From: a virus
Taxonomy: Duplodnaviria > Caudoviricetes
Direction: 5' to 3' (one strand)
DNA: 64,000 bases
Virus record (IMG/VR): IMGVR_UViG_3300021419_000005
Coordinates: 1,380-65,379 of that record
Below, one piece after another: positions 8,578-17,788 of the stretch. A model generated the notes under the pieces. The model did not search any database, was not told the origin of the DNA, and saw only the letters and a list, made by a program, of their open reading frames with translations. The position numbers and the translations under genes are program-made. How positions within the stretch are numbered: position 1 is the stretch's first letter; every line of letters starts with the position of its first letter.

Positions 8578-8651
8578 GTTGGTGTCGGCGGGGGGAGACC
8601 TCGCCACCCCGGCCCAGCGGGACACTGGGATGCTCCAACTGAGAGCGCCAC

Positions 8652-8960
8652 ATGTTCACCATCTCCCTCCTCATCCCCCAGGCCGACAACGACGGCCGGG
8701 CCTTCTCCGAAGAGGAGGTCGCCGACTTCGAGGCGGACCTCATCGACATCTTCGGTGGCTTCTCCCGCGAGACCGCTCCGGTGGTCGGCGGCTGGGCCCA
8801 CGAGGGTCGCGTCTACCGCGACCTCTCCTTCCGCTACGTCCTCGCCGTCGGGTCCATCGCCGACGGCGCGAAGGTGGCCGAAGCGGTGAAGGTCGCCAAG
8901 GCCCGGTTCGCCCAGGAGGCCATCTTCGTGCAGTACCTCGGGCTCTCCGAGGTCCTGTAG
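8652..8960 (+). CDS. Small alpha/beta protein, DUF3574/PII-fold-like
   Basis: Pattern LIP..DNDG..F....IFGGFS...GGW...RFAQEAIFV; strongly GC3-biased codons. Confidence 0.6.
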   Translation: MFTISLLIPQADNDGRAFSEEEVADFEADLIDIFGGFSRETAPVVGGWAHEGRVYRDLSFRYVLAVGSIADGAKVAEAVKVAKARFAQEAIFVQYLGLSEVL

Positions 8961-8967
8961 GCCACCC

Positions 8968-8985
8968 GGCCCCCTTCGGGGGGCC
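8968..8985 (+). terminator. GC hairpin with UUCG loop
   Basis: GGCCCCC-TTCG-GGGGGCC directly after the stop codon; no U-tract. Confidence 0.45.
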
Positions 8986-9031
8986 TCCATTGCCCCTGCC
9001 GGTTCGCGCCCGCGGGGGCAGCCCTGGAGGC

Positions 9032-9676
9032 ATGATGCGACGCGTCAACGTCCACACCTACCCAGTCCGGTACGCGGCGAACGAGAACCCCGGTGCGCTG
9101 GTAGTCTTCACTCCCGACGCCAACGGCCTGGTCCACCCAAGTGGCTACGGCGCTCGCCCAGCCATCGAGTGGATGACCGACCACGGCCGAGAAATGGCGG
9201 CGTACACGCGCCTGTGGCGGAACCGCTCCTGGGCCAGTCTGACCGACGGCATCAGCGGCGCGGTGATGCGGAACCGCAACGGCTTCCGGGTGGAGGTGAC
9301 CGCCACGCTCCCATCAGCATCCCGGCGCCAGACGGGGTGGGCGGACCAAGCTTCGACGCTCGAGGAGGCACTCCAGATGCTGGAGGCCTACATCGACCGC
9401 GCCCACGTCTGGGTGCGCCGCGGGATGGCCTCTGAGGTGCCTGTCGTCCTCTCCACTGGCCTCCGCTGCTGGCTCGACTCTCGGCACCCGGGCCAGGCCT
9501 TCCGCGGCCTCACGACCAAGCCCGCCGTGTTTCTCGAAGCCGACCCGGGCCGTGGCCATCGCGCAGTCCGCAACCCTTCCGGCCCCCAGGTCGCAGACGC
9601 CGAGCTCGTTGAACTCCGAGAGGCGATGCTCGCCGCTCATCGCACGTCCCAGCTTCCCCTCCCCTTCGCTGCCTGA
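9032..9676 (+). CDS. Hypothetical protein
   Basis: GGAGG RBS then ATGATG; MMRRVNVHTYPVRY... Confidence 0.65.
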   Translation: MMRRVNVHTYPVRYAANENPGALVVFTPDANGLVHPSGYGARPAIEWMTDHGREMAAYTRLWRNRSWASLTDGISGAVMRNRNGFRVEVTATLPSASRRQTGWADQASTLEEALQMLEAYIDRAHVWVRRGMASEVPVVLSTGLRCWLDSRHPGQAFRGLTTKPAVFLEADPGRGHRAVRNPSGPQVADAELVELREAMLAAHRTSQLPLPFAA

Positions 9677-9685
9677 GAGCACACC

Positions 9686-10471
9686 ATGCCCACCGAGATC
9701 TACACCACGGCCCACGGCAAGACGCTTGCCCTCAACCTCTCCGAAAAGGAGGCGGTCTGGCTGGCCAACTTCCGCGTCCGCGCGGCGGACCCGACCGTGT
9801 CCGTCGGCACCGTCACCAACGAGGCCTACGCGGACACGAACCCCCTCCTCGCCCCGTCCCCCATCCCCGGCCGTGGCTGGGTGACCCGTGAGGTCCATGC
9901 TCGGCCGGCCTACCAGGCCCTCCTGGACGTCATCTACCAGAAGACGGTGCAGGAGACCGGCAGCACCGCCGAGGAGCGGTTCACGCTGACGGTGGCCGCG
10001 GCGGCGGCCGAGCTCGGCATCTCGGAGTCCGCTGTGCGGACCGCCATGTACGACGGGCGGCTTCCCAGCATGAAGAAGGGCCGGCGCCTGATGACCTCCC
10101 CCGAGGCGGTCGCTGGCTACCAGGTGAGCAACCGGGGACCGCGGTCGGGCTCAAGGGTGCGCCGTGGCACCACAATCCCGTTGCGGGTGTCGCGCGGCTC
10201 CGCGAACGGCCTGGTCTTCCATGTCGCCCACGATGGGTCGGAGTCGGAGTCCCCCGTCAAAGACCGCGAGGTCCTCGTGTCCGGCTGGTCTTCCGCCTAC
10301 GTCCGGTCCAGTGTGAAGGCCAAGGACTCGCATCGGTACTGGGAGCTGGCCCCGAGCACTCAAGAGGCAGACGTGACCTTGGAGCAGTTTGGCGTGTGGG
10401 GCAGGTTCCAGGTGGTTCGCTCTCTTCGTGGGCGGGAAGCCCTGGAAGCGTGGAAGGCGCGGCCGCGGTAG
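9686..10471 (+). CDS. Protein with central excisionase-like (HTH_17) DNA-binding domain
   Basis: LTVAAAAAELGISESAVRTAMYDGRLPSMKKGRRLM. Confidence 0.75.
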   Translation: MPTEIYTTAHGKTLALNLSEKEAVWLANFRVRAADPTVSVGTVTNEAYADTNPLLAPSPIPGRGWVTREVHARPAYQALLDVIYQKTVQETGSTAEERFTLTVAAAAAELGISESAVRTAMYDGRLPSMKKGRRLMTSPEAVAGYQVSNRGPRSGSRVRRGTTIPLRVSRGSANGLVFHVAHDGSESESPVKDREVLVSGWSSAYVRSSVKAKDSHRYWELAPSTQEADVTLEQFGVWGRFQVVRSLRGREALEAWKARPR

Positions 10472-10753
10472 CCGTCACTTGGCCCGCCCCATCCGCCTGC
10501 TCTGCCAGATCGGGGCTGGGATATTCGTGCGCTACCCACCAGCGGCCCGCCGCGCAAGAATACAGGTACTGTTGCGTACGAAAGATGCGCAAGCTGCGCG
10601 CAACCCAGGGAATCGTGCTGATGTGAGCCTTCTGCGGGCTCCTGTGTATCGGCCCTCGGGCCCAAGTGGGGTACCCACCTTCACCAGAATGCGTGGTTCC
10701 TGGGAAGCTGCTGGCGGCGCCTACCTGTATAGTCCCGCGGCTTGGAGGCTGAA

Positions 10754-11767
10754 GTGGCGAAAAAGGGGTTCGATCGGCGCGGTGTGGGGTTCTTCACAGT
10801 ACGTGCATGGCAGCAGGGCAAGGGCGGGAGCTGGTGCGAAGATCCGCACTGGGGCTTCGTGAGCGTCCTCCGCTCACTGCAGGCAGGAATGGCTCGTCCC
10901 ATCTTGCGGCGACTGAAACCCGATGAGACCGAGCACGACACCCCCAGAGACACGCGCATCACAGGCTACCGCAAGATTCTGGCCGCCGAACACGCTGCAG
11001 GCCACAGCGTATTGTTGTTTCAGGTTGGAAGGTACGACAGGCCATACAATGCGCGCGCCGACATCGAGGAAGAGGTGATTTCGCACGACGAGGACTCTCG
11101 CGCCGATGTGGTGACCGCACATGTTGTCATCGGCCACTCGCCTCTCGCTGATGGCACGTTCCCTGCTCGCATCGAGACCGTCACCGGAGCATCAAGGTCA
11201 GCCATTGAGGCGGGCTTGAACGCGATTCTGTACAGCGCCGAATGCGACTTGAGGCAGGAGGTCGCGGAGCCCGGAGGGCGCAGCTACCTGCTCTGGTGGC
11301 GCATCAAGATTGACCTTGAAACCGAACAGACCGTGGGCGACTTCCTGCGTGACAACGAGGCGCTTGCGACCTTTTCGGTGGTGATTCCCGACACCACCAT
11401 CGACTCCAACTCCGACCGGCAATTCAACGTCACAGTAGAGACCACGCTCTCCACCTCGGAGCTCCGCGGCGATGGAGTCCTGGGGGTGTTCCGCCCCATC
11501 CTCCTTCGACAGTCGAAGTCTCGCGTCAGACTTCGAACCCAGCAGGAGCGGTACGACCTTTCTGCGGACTGCGAGCTGGCGCCCGAATCCGGGTCAGATC
11601 TTGTCGACGTTGATGCCGCGGTGGAGGCGCTTCTCACATCCGCCATGTCGAGGAAGTCGACCATCGTATTCCGACCCGCTCGCCTCCACCAACACGAGGA
11701 AATCGATTACGAAGTGGTAGTCCCCCACCTCGTGGAGCTCCTCTATGCCGAACACCATGCAGGGTGA
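10754..11767 (+). CDS. Hypothetical soluble protein (moron; first gene of a candidate defence pair)
   Basis: GGAGG RBS before GTG 10754; atypical codon usage; overlaps the downstream TM gene. Confidence 0.7.
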   Translation: MAKKGFDRRGVGFFTVRAWQQGKGGSWCEDPHWGFVSVLRSLQAGMARPILRRLKPDETEHDTPRDTRITGYRKILAAEHAAGHSVLLFQVGRYDRPYNARADIEEEVISHDEDSRADVVTAHVVIGHSPLADGTFPARIETVTGASRSAIEAGLNAILYSAECDLRQEVAEPGGRSYLLWWRIKIDLETEQTVGDFLRDNEALATFSVVIPDTTIDSNSDRQFNVTVETTLSTSELRGDGVLGVFRPILLRQSKSRVRLRTQQERYDLSADCELAPESGSDLVDVDAAVEALLTSAMSRKSTIVFRPARLHQHEEIDYEVVVPHLVELLYAEHHAG

Positions 11768-12347
11768 GGGCCCCCCCCGGCGTAGGCATGCAGGCGGGCG
11801 CGAGGCAAGGCTGCTCCGGCTTCTGAGCTACCAGCACACTGCACTCACTGCCCGTCATTGGGCTGCCGTCGCATCCGGTGTGGGATGGGCAGTACTCGAT
11901 ACAGCTTGCTACTGGCTGAGTGGTCGAACTATCCCGTTTTTCGTGGACGGAGCTATCAACGAGCAAATCGTCTCGCTGATGGGCCTCCTGTTCGGCATCT
12001 ACATGGGACTCGCGGGCGTTTTTGCTGCATCGTCCAACGAATGGCTGGACGAGCCTCTCAAGAACAGTCCGACCCTACCTGAACAGCCTACGACTCCCCT
12101 GAAGAGGCGCTCGTTCATTATTGACACGCTGCTATACTGCTCGCTCGTAAGCGCTTTGGTTGTGGCCTACTCTGGAGTCCTCACCCCAGCGCTCCGGCAT
12201 CTGTCTATCGCGCTTCTGGCGATGACAGACGTGTCATGGGCTCGACCCGCAGCATCAGTCGCAGCATCCAGCGTAGTGCTTGCAACGGTCACCCACACAA
12301 TGCTTATGGCGACGCTCATTGTTCGGTACCTGCGGGTTCGACTTTAG
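11745..12347 (+). CDS. 4-TM membrane protein (second gene of the pair)
   Basis: Four hydrophobic segments with a central loop ending LKRRSF; visibly more AT-rich than the phage core. Confidence 0.7.
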   Translation: MPNTMQGEGPPRRRHAGGREARLLRLLSYQHTALTARHWAAVASGVGWAVLDTACYWLSGRTIPFFVDGAINEQIVSLMGLLFGIYMGLAGVFAASSNEWLDEPLKNSPTLPEQPTTPLKRRSFIIDTLLYCSLVSALVVAYSGVLTPALRHLSIALLAMTDVSWARPAASVAASSVVLATVTHTMLMATLIVRYLRVRL

Positions 12348-12365
12348 ACAGCGTCATAGGCTTGC

Positions 12366-12632
12366 CTAGTCAGGCAAAACGGCGGAGCGCTTCCCTGCCC
12401 TCCCTTCCCCGTCCAACCCGCAATCGCACCCATCCTCAATCCCGCCCCCGTACTCCGTCACCACCCGCACGGCGCACCCCTCCCTGTGCCGCACGAATGG
12501 CCGCAACCGCTCCCCTTCCTCGGCGAGCTGGAGCAGGCCTGCGACCTGGACGCGGGTGAGCTTGCGCTGACCAGGCGGCTTGGCGAGCTCGGCGCGGACC
12601 TTGGCGAAGAAGCGGGCGTTGGGCGTGGACAC
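12366..12632 (-). CDS. Small protein with H...C...CxC metal-binding motif
   Basis: AGGAGG RBS before GTG; VRHREGC...GCDCGL. Confidence 0.55.
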   Translation of the reverse strand: MSTPNARFFAKVRAELAKPPGQRKLTRVQVAGLLQLAEEGERLRPFVRHREGCAVRVVTEYGGGIEDGCDCGLDGEGRAGKRSAVLPD

Positions 12633-12695
12633 AGGCACCTCCTGCGCCCGAGATAGACCGGTGGAGCCGCTGGTGGCGGACTGCATCTGACCGGC

Positions 12696-12899
12696 TCACC
12701 GCCCCTTCTTGAAGTGCTCCACCACGATCGCCCGCTCCACCCGGGTGAGCCGCTCCTTCACCAGCTGGAGCCGCGGAGCATCCTCCGCCGCCCACCCGCA
12801 CGAGATGCAGGCCGCTGCGAGCCGCTCTCCGTCAGCGGGCCTGGCGTAGACCGTTGGTCGGCCACAGCCAGGGCAGCGGTAGCGGGGGCGGGCCTTCAC
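12696..12899 (-). CDS. Zinc-ribbon protein
   Basis: CPGC...CISC; GTGA overlap with the upstream gene. Confidence 0.55.
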   Translation of the reverse strand: MKARPRYRCPGCGRPTVYARPADGERLAAACISCGWAAEDAPRLQLVKERLTRVERAIVVEHFKKGR

Positions 12900-13327
12900 T
12901 CGCCGAACTCGGCGCGCAGGTCCCTGAGAAAGGCTTGGTTGTCACCCGGGTCGAAGGTCGAGCACCCGCTGGTGTACCCGTCGAACGCGTAGACGACTCG
13001 CTTGTCCCACTGGTCGAAGCGGCGCCCGCACGCGGGTCCATGGATACGGTGTTTCACTACAACCACCTCGCCCACTTCGACTCCGACGAATGCCTCCTCG
13101 ACTTTGAACCGAGTGCGCTGCGTCCACATCCCCTCATTGCAGCCGGATGGAAGGGTGCCGAGCACGACGCCGAGAAAGACCTGGTCGAAGTCTTTCGCGA
13201 ACTCCACTCCGTTCGCCCCGTGCTCGCACTTGCAGGCCTGTGCCTCCTGCACCGTCGGGGCGCCCGGCCAGGACAAGATCAGGCCCATGCCCAAGGCTCC
13301 AGCGAATCGCCACACCCATCTTCGCAT
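12896..13327 (-). CDS. Secreted TIMP/NTR-like protein
   Basis: Signal peptide ending AQA, then CKC, DQVFLGVV, FKVEEAFVG, ACGRRF and a terminal CS. Confidence 0.7.
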   Translation of the reverse strand: MRRWVWRFAGALGMGLILSWPGAPTVQEAQACKCEHGANGVEFAKDFDQVFLGVVLGTLPSGCNEGMWTQRTRFKVEEAFVGVEVGEVVVVKHRIHGPACGRRFDQWDKRVVYAFDGYTSGCSTFDPGDNQAFLRDLRAEFGE

Positions 13328-13489
13328 CCACCCTCCGAGCGCCCAGCGGTGTCCAGAGTGCCTTCAGCGAGGCTACTCGTCCAGCATGGAGAGAGGCCAG
13401 GACCGAGGCACACGGGCGAGACACATGTCCTGAACGCTCAACCCCCAGGGGGGGGATTCCGTGGAAGGAGGTACAGCCCCGGAGTACAC

Positions 13490-13942
13490 ATGTCCTCAGC
13501 CGCGAACAACGCCGAACGAAGGCTCGCCCGAGACCTCCAGCGCTACGGACTCTCGGAGGGCGGGGGCATCCTGCGGCCGTCGCCTGCAGAGCAAATGCTG
13601 GACTACATCGTCGCGTGGGGAGCGAGCTCCTCGGGCCCGGTCGACCGCCCGTCGACGAGCGACCTGGCGTGGCGGGCGGTCACCTCAAGGCGTGCGCTTG
13701 GCTTCATCGAGGCCCGGAGTAGCGGGCTGAAGTCCACTGGGAGGGTCGCAAACCCGCTGCGAGGTGAGGCGCGCCGGGTCCTTGCACTGCCCTTCGCGCG
13801 GCAGGAAGACGGTTCGCTGGAGATGCGGGTCCTGAAGCTGGTCACCCCGAGCCGGTCGCTCGACCTCCGCCAGGTCAGCGACCTGATGCGGCAGTGGGGG
13901 TGCCACCCCATCGGGTGGGGGGACGAGGCCCTGCCTGCCTGA
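13490..13942 (+). CDS. Hypothetical protein
   Basis: GGAG RBS; MSSAANNAERRLARDL... Confidence 0.55.
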   Translation: MSSAANNAERRLARDLQRYGLSEGGGILRPSPAEQMLDYIVAWGASSSGPVDRPSTSDLAWRAVTSRRALGFIEARSSGLKSTGRVANPLRGEARRVLALPFARQEDGSLEMRVLKLVTPSRSLDLRQVSDLMRQWGCHPIGWGDEALPA

Positions 13943-14547
13943 CGGAGCTGCCCGAGAGGAAAGGCGGAGGCCCCCAATCACCTCGAGGTTGCGAGACCGT
14001 TGGGAGCGAGAGGGGACCTCCTGAGCCAGGAGCGTACCGGAGCGTCTGGTGAGCCCGCCCACCCCTTCGGCGAGGTGCCCGAGGCGTCTCGGGCTCGGGC
14101 GCACCCTGCTCCCTCACGGAGCTCACACGGGTGGATGAACTGGACAGTGGGAATGAGAGGGACGCCTCGCCCGAAAATGGCTTCATGTCGCGTGTCCTCG
14201 GTGACAGGGCGAGGCGCCTCCCATCTCCCTTTCGAACCAGGCGCACGCAGCTGCACATCGCCTCGAGCTCGAAGGACGGAATGCCTCATGGGAGCTTCCG
14301 CACCTGACCCATGCGCGTCAGCCCTCCGCCCTCCAGTGGCGCGCTGAGCCCAAAATCTCCCACGGACAACGATCCCCCCCCCTGTCCGTTCCGACACAGA
14401 CAGGGAGGTGCGCGGCGCGTCACATCACCACCTCACCGGACACGCCAGCCCATCCCCGAATCTCGGGTATCTGCTGGACGCGAGCACCTACGCATATACG
14501 CCCACGGTAGACCCGAAACGGTGGGAGCCGAAGTGCCAGCACGACCC

Positions 14548-14823
14548 ATGGCCAAGGACGAGTGGATTTCCCTCAGGATGGGGTGGAGCGAGACCCTCAG
14601 CATCGCACAGCTGCCGGAGGGTGAGGCTGTAATGCTCGGCGGCACCGAGCTTCAGCCCACCCACGTCCTCCAGCTGTTCAACGGAGGCTACTGGCACGAC
14701 GCTCGGGTTGTGGTCGACGAAGACGGCCAAATCGTCCTGGAGGTCGCGCCCACCTGGCCAGGGAGAGGCCGTCGCCTGCGAGTTGACCGGGCCGGATTCG
14801 GCTTCGCCAGGTGGAAGCAGTAG
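14548..14823 (+). CDS. Small beta-rich hypothetical protein (DUF5348-like pattern)
   Basis: LQPTHVLQLFNGGYWHDARV. Confidence 0.5.
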   Translation: MAKDEWISLRMGWSETLSIAQLPEGEAVMLGGTELQPTHVLQLFNGGYWHDARVVVDEDGQIVLEVAPTWPGRGRRLRVDRAGFGFARWKQ

Positions 14824-15088
14824 CCCCTCCCGTCCTGGGTTCAGCACATGAACCGGGGAGAAAGGGTCGGACGGGAGAGGCCAGCACTCACATTTCGATG
14901 TCCTGAGCGTCAACCTGACCCGAATTCGTCAGGCCGATGTCTGAATCGACCGACTCCCCCTTGCGTTCGAGCCGCAGGACGCATGTCCCCCAACCAGATA
15001 CCCTCCCCCCATCACCGTCCCCCGGAGCGGCGACCGGGCCCACCAGCGCACACCAGCGCTTCGGGGGCCGGTACACCCGAGGGGTGCC

Positions 15089-15394
15089 ATGGACCTGCGA
15101 ACCCGAATCATCGGCCTGGTCTGGCCTCTCCTAGACCTCCACGGCGACCGCGACGCAGAAGACCTGCCCGAGACCTACCGGGGGGACATGCGGGCGCTCT
15201 ACGCGGCGTCGGAGACCTACCTGCAGGCCGAGGTGGCAGCGACGGAAGCGCGGCGGCAGTGCCGGTGGAACGCTTCCGCCACGGTGGCGCTGATGCGGCT
15301 GGCCTGGACGGCGGGGCTCATCGCAGGGGAAGCGCGGGTCAGAAGTGGAAGACGGGCGAAGGCCCCACCCACTCCGTCGGACCTGGAGCCGTAG
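15089..15394 (+). CDS. Hypothetical protein
   Basis: GAGGGG RBS; 101 aa ORF with GC3 bias. Confidence 0.5.
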   Translation: MDLRTRIIGLVWPLLDLHGDRDAEDLPETYRGDMRALYAASETYLQAEVAATEARRQCRWNASATVALMRLAWTAGLIAGEARVRSGRRAKAPPTPSDLEP

Positions 15395-15812
15395 GCGCAT
15401 GCCACATCGCTGGTGCCGCGGTCGGGATGGCCCACGCAGCTCGAAGGATGGGGGCGGTCCGGGTCCACCAAGCCCCGGCCGGCGTGGCGAGGATGGCGGT
15501 GACGAAGCCCGACCCGTTCCGTGCCTGGAGGTGCCGACGGATGGACATCCACTCGGCCACGGTGACCTCCTCGAGCGGGCGACAGGCTGTGTGGTAGGCC
15601 GGGCCCTGGAACGGAACCTCGCAGCCCGTCCACAGCCGAAGACGGCCCGAAGGCATCAAGTCGATGCCGCTGTCGGGGATGCGGCTACCCATGCGTCCAC
15701 CCTCCATCCAAGCAGAGTGTCCCACTCGTGTCCCACTGGCCCTCTTCGGCCGGCTGTAGCTTCAGGTGGCCCATCCGGGCTCCCAACCGCTCATCCACCT
15801 CGGAGAGACACC

Positions 15813-15989
15813 ATGAAGAACGAGAAGAACCAGCCCCGCAGCCGTCGCAGCCTGAAGGTCCAGGACCTCGAGACCACGGGGGTTGAGGTGAAGGGCGGCT
15901 CGGACCCCGGCATGGAGATCAAGGAAAGCAACCACACAGGCTGCCAAGGCATGATCATGAACCCCCATGACGGCGTCGAGCGCCAGTAG
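15813..15989 (+). CDS. 58-aa peptide with double-glycine-type leader
   Basis: GGAGAG RBS; MKNEKNQPRSRRSLKVQDLETTGVEVKGG|SDPGMEIKESNHTGCQGMIMNPHDGVERQ. Confidence 0.65.
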   Translation: MKNEKNQPRSRRSLKVQDLETTGVEVKGGSDPGMEIKESNHTGCQGMIMNPHDGVERQ

Positions 15990-16134
15990 CCGCCCAGCAC
16001 GAGGTCAGTGCTCCGTCCCCCGGAGCCCAGTCGCCGGCTGCACCTCACAAGCCTCCCTCGCCTCCTCACCCGGGGCGAGGCTCGCCACTCCAGCAGCGAG
16101 CACGGCAGCAACAGCATCCAGCCGCCGGCGCTTC

Positions 16135-16665
16135 TCAGGCTTCAATCGCGCGCCGCACGTCGTCGTGGATGCGCGAGAGCTGGCCGGCGACGCTCTCCCG
16201 GTGCTGGTCGAGGTCGCGCTGGAGGTCTTGCTTGAGGCCATCATGGTCTCTCCGGAGGGACTTGGCCTGCTCCTCCACCGTGGCCAGGCGTTCGCCGAGC
16301 TCCTTCGGCAGCTCGGGCAGAACCGGGACTTGGGTGGATTCGTTGTCCTGTGCTTCGAGCCCGGCGACGCGGTCTCGAAGGGCCTGGACCTCGGACGCGG
16401 GGACCACGGGGGCAGCCTGGAGGGTCGCCAGCGCCGTCTCAGCCTTCTCCAGGCGCTCCAACATCTTCAACCACTGGTGCCGCAGGAGGAGCCCCGCACC
16501 GACCGTGCTGGCCCCGCCAGCGCCGCCGACACCCATCACCCACGAGGCGAGGGTGTTGAGAGCGGTGGCGACGTCGTCGGGGGTGGCGGGGTTCAACGAC
16601 CCGCCGCCTCCCGTGGACTCCTGGGCGAGCGTCAGGCCCGTCCATGCCAGCAGGGCCAGCCACAT
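16135..16665 (-). CDS. Membrane-anchored coiled-coil protein, candidate lysis accessory (holin/spanin-like)
   Basis: Signal/TM segments then a coiled coil; lies downstream of the endolysin with a TGATG overlap. Confidence 0.55.
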   Translation of the reverse strand: MWLALLAWTGLTLAQESTGGGGSLNPATPDDVATALNTLASWVMGVGGAGGASTVGAGLLLRHQWLKMLERLEKAETALATLQAAPVVPASEVQALRDRVAGLEAQDNESTQVPVLPELPKELGERLATVEEQAKSLRRDHDGLKQDLQRDLDQHRESVAGQLSRIHDDVRRAIEA

Positions 16666-16958
16666 CACGCGGCGGCCTTGAGCTCTTCGCGGGCCTGCTC
16701 GACGGCGAACCAGAGAGCGTGCTCGGCCGCATCGCGGTCCCACAGCTCGAGGTGCTCACCGATGACCGGGAAGTCGGAGAAGTCGTACTTCTCGTCGAAG
16801 GCTTCGGCCTTGCTGCGCACCCAGGCGCCCATGACGTCGTCGTCGTTGAGGCGCTCCAGGGTCTCCTTGCGGAGCTCGGCGAGGGCGGCCTTGCGGATGG
16901 GATTGAGGAAGCGTGCGACGGCACGGAGGAAGCGGGCGGGCTTGCGGGACATGGACAC
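16665..16958 (-). CDS. Hypothetical protein in the lysis module
   Basis: Tightly packed behind the amidase. Confidence 0.65.
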   Translation of the reverse strand: MSMSRKPARFLRAVARFLNPIRKAALAELRKETLERLNDDDVMGAWVRSKAEAFDEKYDFSDFPVIGEHLELWDRDAAEHALWFAVEQAREELKAAA

Positions 16959-16961
16959 CTC

Positions 16962-17492
16962 TCAGCGGGCTCGCAGGAACGCGAGGGCGACGCGAACAGC
17001 GCCGCGGATGTGGTCGATGGGGATGCGGCCGGGGCAGACGGTGGCCGTCGTGCCCACGTCGCGGTGGGGGTGGATGTCGTCGGCGCTCAGGCCGTGCTCG
17101 AGGCACCAGGCGAGGCACTGGCCGACCAGCATGGCCACGGCCGCCCTGTCGGGGTCGGCGTGCTCGTAGTTGCCGGCGAGGGCCACACCGAGGCTCCCGG
17201 TGTTGGCTCCGCCAGCGTGGGCGCCGAGGGATTCGTCGTCGCGCCCGTCGCCGATGACCCAGTCCCCGCCACGCGCCCGGTGCACGAGGGCGTGGTACCC
17301 GATGCCGCCGAACTTCCGCTTGTGCATGCGGTTGATGGCGAGCGGGTCGTCGTACGCCGAGCTGGCGGTGTGGTGGACGATGATGCGCCGGATGGTCCCG
17401 ATGCGAGGCATGCGTGAGGCTCCTTCAGCTCGAGGGTCCCGAGCCGGCCGCGGGGCCTTCTGCCCCCGGAAGTGGTGGTAGAGGCTGGTCAA
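16962..17492 (-). CDS. Endolysin, N-acetylmuramoyl-L-alanine amidase (Amidase_2)
   Basis: IIVHHTA, IGYHALV, GAHAGGANTGSLGV and HRDVGTTATVCPG. Confidence 0.92.
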   Translation of the reverse strand: MTSLYHHFRGQKAPRPARDPRAEGASRMPRIGTIRRIIVHHTASSAYDDPLAINRMHKRKFGGIGYHALVHRARGGDWVIGDGRDDESLGAHAGGANTGSLGVALAGNYEHADPDRAAVAMLVGQCLAWCLEHGLSADDIHPHRDVGTTATVCPGRIPIDHIRGAVRVALAFLRAR

Positions 17493-17788
17493 CAGGGCGC
17501 GTCCTCGATGGGGGCGCCCTCGCCGGACCAGGTGTCGATGGGCTCGCGGAGCCCGGAGTCGTCGAGCAGCGAGGCGAGCACTCGGCCGCCACTGTCTGCG
17601 ATGGCCTGGCGCCGAGCCTCGGTGAGCTTCGCGCCGTCGACCTTCATCACGACGAACACGTCCTCGCCGCAGCGCATGGCGGCGACCTGGTGCTCGCCGT
17701 CGGCGGTCGACGCAATCTTGAGTTCGTCGATGCGGCGTCCAGTGTCGACGTCGGTGCCGTCCTGGAGGTAGCGAAGAGAGAGCGGCAC
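17489..17788 (-). CDS. Hypothetical protein
   Basis: Overlaps both neighbours in the late operon. Confidence 0.55.
   Translation of the reverse strand: MPLSLRYLQDGTDVDTGRRIDELKIASTADGEHQVAAMRCGEDVFVVMKVDGAKLTEARRQAIADSGGRVLASLLDDSGLREPIDTWSGEGAPIEDAPC

Noticed and set aside
13943-13954. CGGAGCTGCCCG also occurs near 42185
   Set aside because: A 12-bp GC-rich match is plausible by chance in this composition and the contexts are unrelated.
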